Source of the DNA: an uncultured Thermoleophilia bacterium
Lineage (GTDB): Bacteria > Actinomycetota > Thermoleophilia > UBA2241
Assembly: GCA_963700035.1 (NCBI GenBank)
Contig: CAVOWE010000008.1
Coordinates: forward strand, 46,452-110,451
Direction of reading: 5' to 3'
Length of the DNA stretch: 64,000 bases
This document shows positions 59,307 to 64,000 of this stretch, one piece after another. The notes below the pieces were generated by a model. That model made no database searches. It was not told the DNA's origin and was given only the letters and a program-made list of their open reading frames with translations. How positions within the stretch are numbered: position 1 is the first letter of the stretch; every line of letters starts with the position of its first letter. A program made the position numbers and the translations under genes.

Positions 59307-59795
59307 ATGCAACTGAGGCCGATGCAGACTGGCTCAGCGGCCAGGACCAGCGGTGGTCCCGCGCAGCATCAGCTGGCGGGCGAGGCGCGGCCGGTGCGGC
59401 CGCGGCTTGAGCTTGGGGATGCGGCGACCGAGTTGCTCGCGATCGTGGGCTACATCACAGCGATCGATGGACCGCTGCAGGCGGCGCCAGACTCGACCGA
59501 CCCCCCTTCGCCGTGGCACGAGCGCGCGCTCCTCAAGGCGAGCGAGAGACTGGACGTGCTTGACGCCTATCTGAGAGGCCGCGTCGCCTTCTTCGTTGGC
59601 GGCAGGGACTGCGGGTACGGCCCGTTCGACAAGGAGCTGGAACTGGCCGCGGTGGCGCTCGACGACTGTCGCGCAGCTACGGCGGTCGTCGAAGCGCTGC
59701 TCGCGGGGCGACTCCCGCAAGGGTGGGACTTCGAGGCGATGGGCGACACGGCGCTGAGGATCTACCCGGCGCTGGAGGCGATCAGAAGCCGTTAG
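59307..59795 (+). CDS. hypothetical cytoplasmic protein
   Basis: ATG 59307 lies 5 nt after AGGAG. 162 aa, no recognisable motif. Followed by a strong hairpin. Confidence 0.45.
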   Translation: MQLRPMQTGSAARTSGGPAQHQLAGEARPVRPRLELGDAATELLAIVGYITAIDGPLQAAPDSTDPPSPWHERALLKASERLDVLDAYLRGRVAFFVGGRDCGYGPFDKELELAAVALDDCRAATAVVEALLAGRLPQGWDFEAMGDTALRIYPALEAIRSR

Positions 59796-59868
59796 CAGCG
59801 ACCTGCGCAGGCCAGGGCCGCCGCGACCCCTGCTGGCGTCCTGCCGCCGCGGCGCAGCGGGCGCGTAC

Positions 59869-59902
59869 GTGCGACGACCGGCCGAAAGGCCGGTCGTCGC
59901 AC
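59869..59902. terminator. bidirectional hairpin terminator with GAAA tetraloop
   Basis: GTGCGACGACCGGCC-gaaa-GGCCGGTCGTCGCAC is a perfect 15-bp stem between the convergent gene ends at 59795 and 59935. Confidence 0.6.
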
Positions 59903-59934
59903 TTCCCTCCAACGGTCAGCGGGGGGCTACGCTG

Positions 59935-60348
59935 CTAGCAACCGACGGCAGCGGTCTGCTCACGCCCGTTTCCGCCGCCGTTCCGCGGGTGGCTCAGGGA
60001 CTCAACGATGTCGTCGGGCACAGGCAGGTTGCGGAGCAGGATGCCGTACAGCTTGTCGGCCAGGACCGGAGCCTCGCCAAGCACTCTCGCCACCTGTCGC
60101 AGCCGATACTCCACGAAGAAGTCCGGCTCGACGCACAGCGCCTCGGCGAGCACGGCGAGGACCAGATCGGCGGGTACCGGCCGCGTGCCCTTGGTCAGGT
60201 GGTTCAGGTAGCCGGCCGAGAGCTTGGTCTTGTACGCGAGCTGGCGGTAGCTGAGGTGCCGTTCCTCCATGAGGCCCTTGAGGGCCAGCGGGAACCGCTC
60301 CTGCGAGAACCTGTTCTTGGCTATGGGAGTCATATACATGGCACTCAT
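59935..60348 (-). CDS. XRE-family helix-turn-helix transcriptional regulator
   Basis: LKGLMEERHLSYRQLAYKTKLSAGYLNHLTKG is a classic HTH_3 pattern. Locally lower GC around the start. Confidence 0.8.
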   Translation of the reverse strand: MSAMYMTPIAKNRFSQERFPLALKGLMEERHLSYRQLAYKTKLSAGYLNHLTKGTRPVPADLVLAVLAEALCVEPDFFVEYRLRQVARVLGEAPVLADKLYGILLRNLPVPDDIVESLSHPRNGGGNGREQTAAVGC

Positions 60349-60354
60349 CGCATA

Positions 60355-60395
60355 GAGAGGTATCGCCCGCAGTGCCCGGATACTTGAGAGGTATC
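60355..60395. promoter_or_regulatory. candidate operator: two GAGAGGTATC direct repeats plus a GATAC-n7-GTATC inverted repeat upstream of the XRE gene
   Basis: GAGAGGTATC at 60355-60364 and 60386-60395 (31-bp spacing). GATAC (60379-60383) pairs with GTATC (60391-60395). Lies 7-47 nt upstream of the XRE start codon. Confidence 0.35.
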
Positions 60396-60456
60396 TGTGT
60401 CCGCGTTGCCAAAGCTGGCTACGCGTAGAGCCTGCGACGCCCCGGATGCGGAGGCG

Positions 60457-62196
60457 TCAGCCGCGGCCGAGGAGACTGCGCAGAGCCGCGGCGAGCTCGG
60501 CGACGGGCACGTCGCGGCGCTCGCCAGAAGCCCGGTCCTTGAGCTCGACGAAGCCCTCGGGGGCCCTCTTCCCCACGACCACCTGCGCCGGACAGCCGAG
60601 CAGGTCGGCGTCCTTGAACTTGATGCCCGGGCTCAGGTCGCGGTCGTCGAAGAGGACGTCCAGGCCGGCCGCGGCCAGCTCCGCGTAGAGCTGCTCCGCC
60701 AGCGCGGCCTGCACCTCGTCCGAGGCGCGCACCAGCACGAGGTGCGCGTCGAACGGCGCGATGCCCGGCGGCCAGACGATGCCGTTGTCGTCGTGGTGTT
60801 GCTCGATGGCCGCGGCAGCGACGCGCGCCAGGCCGATGCCGTAGCTGCCCATCACGATGGGCCGCTCCTTGCCGTCGACGTCGAGGAAGGTGGCTCCCAT
60901 CGGCTCGGAGTACTTGGTGCCGAGCTGGAAGATGTTGCCGACCTCGATGACGCGCGCGCCCTCGAGGTCGCCCAGGCACTGCGGGCACGGATCGCCGGGG
61001 GCCGCGCGGCGCAGGTCGCAGAAGACGGCCTGCGGCACCATGTCGAGACTCACGCCGGTGCGATGGTGGCCGGGCTTGTTGGCGCCGGCCACGTAGTGGC
61101 CCCGGCGTAGCACTTCGTCCGCGTACACGGGCAGTGTGGTCGGCACGGGGCCGACGTAGCCCGGCGCGATGCCCTGAGCGGCGAGCACCTCGTCGGCCGT
61201 CGCCAGGCGGGACTCCGCGCCCAGCACCTTGCGCAGCTTGAGCTCGCTGATCTCGTGGTCGCCGCGGAGCAGCACCATGACCTGCTGCCCGGCGGACCCG
61301 TCCTCGATCGTCACGACGAGCGCCTTGAGGAACGCGCGCGCCGGCAGACCGAAGAAGGTGGCGACCGCGGCGATCGTCTTCGCGTCCGGGGTGGGCTTCA
61401 CCTCGTCGACGAGGAGGTCGACCGCCGAGCCGGCACCTGCCGCCGCCTGGACCTCGCTCTGCGGCGGCTCGCGGTCGGCGCCGGCCAGCGCCATCTCGGC
61501 GTTGGCCGCGTAGCCGCACTCGCGGCAGAAGACGATCTCGTCCTCGCCGGCGTCGGCGTAGGCCATGTACTCGTGGCTCACCGAGCCGCCCATCATGCCC
61601 GAGTCGCCCTCGACCATCATCGCCGCGACGCCGCAGCGCGCGTAGATGCGCTCGTAGGCGGCGATGTGCTTGGCGTAGTTCTCCTGGAGGGCCTCGTAGC
61701 TCACATCGAGGCTGTAGGAGTCCTTCATGATGAACTCGCGGGTGCGCAGCACGCCGCTCTTGGGCCGCGCCTCGTCGCGCTCCTTGGTCTGGATGTGGTA
61801 CCAGAGCTGCGGCAGCTGCTTGTAGCTGTGCACCTCGCGGGCGGCCAGCCAGGTGATGACCTCTTCGTGGGTCATGGCGAGCGCCATGTCGGCGCCCTTG
61901 CGGTCCTTGAGGCGGAAGAGCTCGCCGCCGATGGCGTCCCAGCGCCCCGACTGCTGCCAGATCTCGGCCGGGTTGATGACCGGCATGAGCATCTCCTGGC
62001 AGCCGATGGCGTCCATCTCGTCGCGGATGATGGCGGCGATCTTCTGCATCACGCGCCAGCCGGCCGGCAGGTACACGTAGATGCCTGCCGCGAGCTGGCG
62101 CACGAGGCCGGCGCGCACCATCAGCTTGTGGCTGATGGCTTCGGCGCCGGCCGGATCCTCTTTGACGGTGGGCAGCAGCAGCTGACTGGCGCGCAT
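60457..62196 (-). CDS. proS: proline--tRNA ligase (bacterial type with INS editing domain)
   Basis: MRASQLLLPTVKEDPAGAEAISHKLMVRAGL N-terminus. Class II motifs (FRLKDRKG, RTREFIMKDSYS, GSYGIG). About 580 aa. Confidence 0.95.
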   Translation of the reverse strand: MRASQLLLPTVKEDPAGAEAISHKLMVRAGLVRQLAAGIYVYLPAGWRVMQKIAAIIRDEMDAIGCQEMLMPVINPAEIWQQSGRWDAIGGELFRLKDRKGADMALAMTHEEVITWLAAREVHSYKQLPQLWYHIQTKERDEARPKSGVLRTREFIMKDSYSLDVSYEALQENYAKHIAAYERIYARCGVAAMMVEGDSGMMGGSVSHEYMAYADAGEDEIVFCRECGYAANAEMALAGADREPPQSEVQAAAGAGSAVDLLVDEVKPTPDAKTIAAVATFFGLPARAFLKALVVTIEDGSAGQQVMVLLRGDHEISELKLRKVLGAESRLATADEVLAAQGIAPGYVGPVPTTLPVYADEVLRRGHYVAGANKPGHHRTGVSLDMVPQAVFCDLRRAAPGDPCPQCLGDLEGARVIEVGNIFQLGTKYSEPMGATFLDVDGKERPIVMGSYGIGLARVAAAAIEQHHDDNGIVWPPGIAPFDAHLVLVRASDEVQAALAEQLYAELAAAGLDVLFDDRDLSPGIKFKDADLLGCPAQVVVGKRAPEGFVELKDRASGERRDVPVAELAAALRSLLGRG

Positions 62197-62380
62197 GTGA
62201 CCTCGCGATGGTGAGCGCATGACATGAGTGACGTGCGACGCCCTATGCTACCAAGCCCGCGCCTTGGGCGCAGGCCGCGCTGACCGGCATCCGCCTCAGA
62301 CCGACGGCCGAGCTCGACGAGGTCGCGCGCGAGCCGCGGCGGGCCGGCCGAGGTGGTCGCGGCCCATCGAGTGGGATCCG

Positions 62381-63926
62381 CTAGCGGATCGTGACGGTCA
62401 CCGTTCGGCTCCAGGCCTCGCCGTGAGTGCGTGTGGCCGGCAGGTGCGCTCGCAGATGATACGTTTCGGCCTTCGGCGTTCCGAACCGGCGGCTCGTCCA
62501 GGCGCGACCGTCCCGCAGCTTGACCGAGCCCTGCATGCTGACCGGCCGCCAGCTCCCTCCGCGGTCGGTGAACAGGGCCACCTCTTCGTCGGGGAGCGCG
62601 GGGGTGACGGAGCCGGAGAACCGGTAGACGTCTCCGACGCGCAGCGTGAAGACCGAGCGCGTCGTACCGATCTTCGGCACGACGGTCACCCGAACGGCCG
62701 GGGACAGCTCGACGGCGGCCTCGCCGTACTCGAACTCCAGACGGTACTCGTGGGTGAGCGACGGTTTGAGAGGGAACGACAGGCTCCCGTTCCAGTCGCC
62801 GGACGTCCACGAGGTCGTCCGCGCCGTCTCCCAGGGACGGCCGGGGACGCGCTGCCGCAGTAGCACCTTGCCGGGCGCGCCGACGCTCACCGTCGCCGCC
62901 AGGCGCGTGCTTTCTCCGACGAGGATGCGCGTGTTCGTGAGCTGGACGGTAGCGGGCTCGCGACCGGCGCTCATCGTGCGGATCAGGCGACTGTCGGTAG
63001 CGAGAAGATAGGCGACGCTCTGGCCGCCCGGAGCGACGGCGCAGGCGGTGCCACCCAGTCCTGTGGGGCCGGGCAGCCAGAGCTGGCCGAGCGGCTCGAA
63101 GAAGCCGGCGTTCGGCGTGCCGGCGATGAGCAGGGAGTGCTCGGGCACGCCGGCCCAGGCCAGTGCTGGCCACGGCTGGGCGCTCAGGTCCGGAAGGCCC
63201 GGCAAGGACGCAAACGTGAGCGCGTCGTCGCTGCCGAGCACGTCGCTGCCTGTGGCCGCGAAGAGGTCGGGCCGGCCGTCGCCCCACGCCGGGTCGGTGG
63301 ATGCCGCAACAGAGGTCACGGGTCCCGGGACTGTACCGGCGAGCGTCCATACGTCGGCGGCGCCGACGAGGATCTCGCCGACTGCGGAGCCGGCGACAGC
63401 GGTGCCGTCGCCGGCGATCGCGACGCAGGTGATGGGGCTGAGGGTCGGCGAAGCCAGCCTGCGCCACGTAGCACCCGCGTCGCCGCTGGTCATGATCGCT
63501 CCGGTGTCGCCGACCGCCACAGCCAGGGAGCCGCGCAACGCGACGTCGTTGATCGCCGCTCCGGGGCCCGGCCCGATGTAGGACGGCGTCCGCCAGGTGC
63601 TCCCCCCATCGTCCGTCACGAGCAGAAGGCCGCCTGAGGCGACAACGCCGCGCCCGGACGGGCCGATGGCGATCGCCGTGAACGCTGTCGCCTCGAAGCC
63701 GCCGGGCACGACGACGCTCCAGGAATGACCGCCGTCGCGAGTGACGCCGATGTGGCCGCCGTCACCCGCGGCGGCCAAGCCTGTGGCTCCGAAGGCGTAG
63801 ACGTCGTTGACGGCCCACGATGGCGCCCCACGGCAGGGTCACCGGCGACCACGGCGTCGCCGCGGCGTCCGCCGGGGCCGCACCGACGCAGAGCAAGGCG
63901 AGGGAGACGGCCAGCGCTGTGAGCAT
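62381..63926 (-). pseudogene. secreted BNR/Asp-box beta-propeller protein with C-terminal Ig-like region, one frameshift near 63815-63830
   Basis: Signal peptide MLTALAVSLALLCVGAAPADA is in ORF 63762..63986. Asp-box repeats TRDGGHSW, TDDGGSTW and SGDAGATW are in ORF 62381..63778. The junction is ...VTLPWGA / SWAVNDVYAFG. The start is uncertain (ATG 63926 or TTG 63986). Confidence 0.7.
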
Positions 63927-64000
63927 GCCGGAGCGGCCGAGGCCGCGAGCTGTCGAGCGAAGCGTCACGGTGGTGGCGGCTTGCAAAGGCGTCGTGGCCG

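Noticed and set aside
53536-60456. tRNA-Pro-associated genomic island or integrated element.
   Set aside because: There is no integrase, recombinase or phage/plasmid gene. By eye I found no direct repeat of the tRNA 3' end (…GTTCAAATCTGGCCACGCCGACCA) further downstream. The region is accessory-looking but not demonstrably mobile.
62197-62380. T-box leader or other known riboswitch upstream of proS.
   Set aside because: I could not find a T-box consensus (AAxxGGGTGGTACCGCG-like) or a specifier-loop arrangement on the minus strand. An Infernal scan would be needed for certainty.
62375-62390. Cloning-vector contamination suggested by adjacent BamHI and NheI sites.
   Set aside because: The flanks are native-looking GC-rich coding sequence. 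The palindrome is embedded in the end of a long ORF, and no other polylinker-like sites follow.
2280-63830. Programmed ribosomal frameshifting or other recoding as the cause of the many frame breaks.
   Set aside because: The breaks occur in unrelated genes that are never recoded in other bacteria. I saw no shared slippery heptamer or downstream structure. Several sit in simple homopolymers. Error or decay is more parsimonious.
1-64000. CRISPR arrays, rRNA genes, IS elements or transposases.
   Set aside because: No regularly spaced repeats, no rRNA-like conserved blocks, and no transposase- or integrase-like ORF translations in any of the six frames supplied.

Overview
Visibly GC-rich bacterial chromosomal segment; codon position 3 is almost always G/C. 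It carries actinobacterial hallmarks: mihF-gmk-rpoZ-coaBC synteny, and a GarA/OdhI-like FHA gene next to an FtsR-like MerR gene. It also has genes more typical of Firmicutes or deep-branching lineages (rny, cinA, rodZ-like, dapL). I cannot name the organism.

Most of the window is conserved housekeeping:
- pyrC-pyrK-pyrD
- rimP-nusA-ylxR-infB-DUF503-rbfA-nrnA-truB-ribF-rpsO-pnp-M16 peptidase
- dapB-dapA-rnj-ftsK-rodZ-like-yajQ-rimO-pgsA-cinA-thpR-recA-recX-rny-miaB-(LigB-like/AMMECR1)-miaA-dapF-dapL-hflX-dut-nudix
- apt, proS and one tRNA-Pro(GGG)

No rRNA, CRISPR array, transposase or integrase was seen.

Three things stand out:
1. A signalling neighbourhood at about 44.9-48.3 kb. A bona fide MglB/MglA (Roadblock + Ras-like GTPase) pair is transcribed divergently from an operon encoding a PATAN/DUF4388 protein, a small coiled-coil protein with a near-perfect RsiG-type c-di-GMP motif, a zinc-ribbon-GarA/OdhI-like FHA protein and an FtsR-like MerR regulator.
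2. A LigB/Memo-fold + AMMECR1 gene pair wedged between the tRNA-A37 modification genes miaB and miaA.
3. About 22 apparent frameshifts, one in-frame TAG, and two ACG codons at predicted start positions, all in otherwise well-conserved genes. Assembly or sequencing error is the most likely cause, but this must be checked before any of them is called a pseudogene.

The 53.6-60.4 kb stretch after tRNA-Pro is the only accessory-looking region. It holds a secreted CehA/McbA-like protein, zinc-ribbon membrane and secreted orphan proteins, and an XRE regulator.

All coordinates and homology statements come from reading the supplied ORF translations and sequence by eye. No searches were run.
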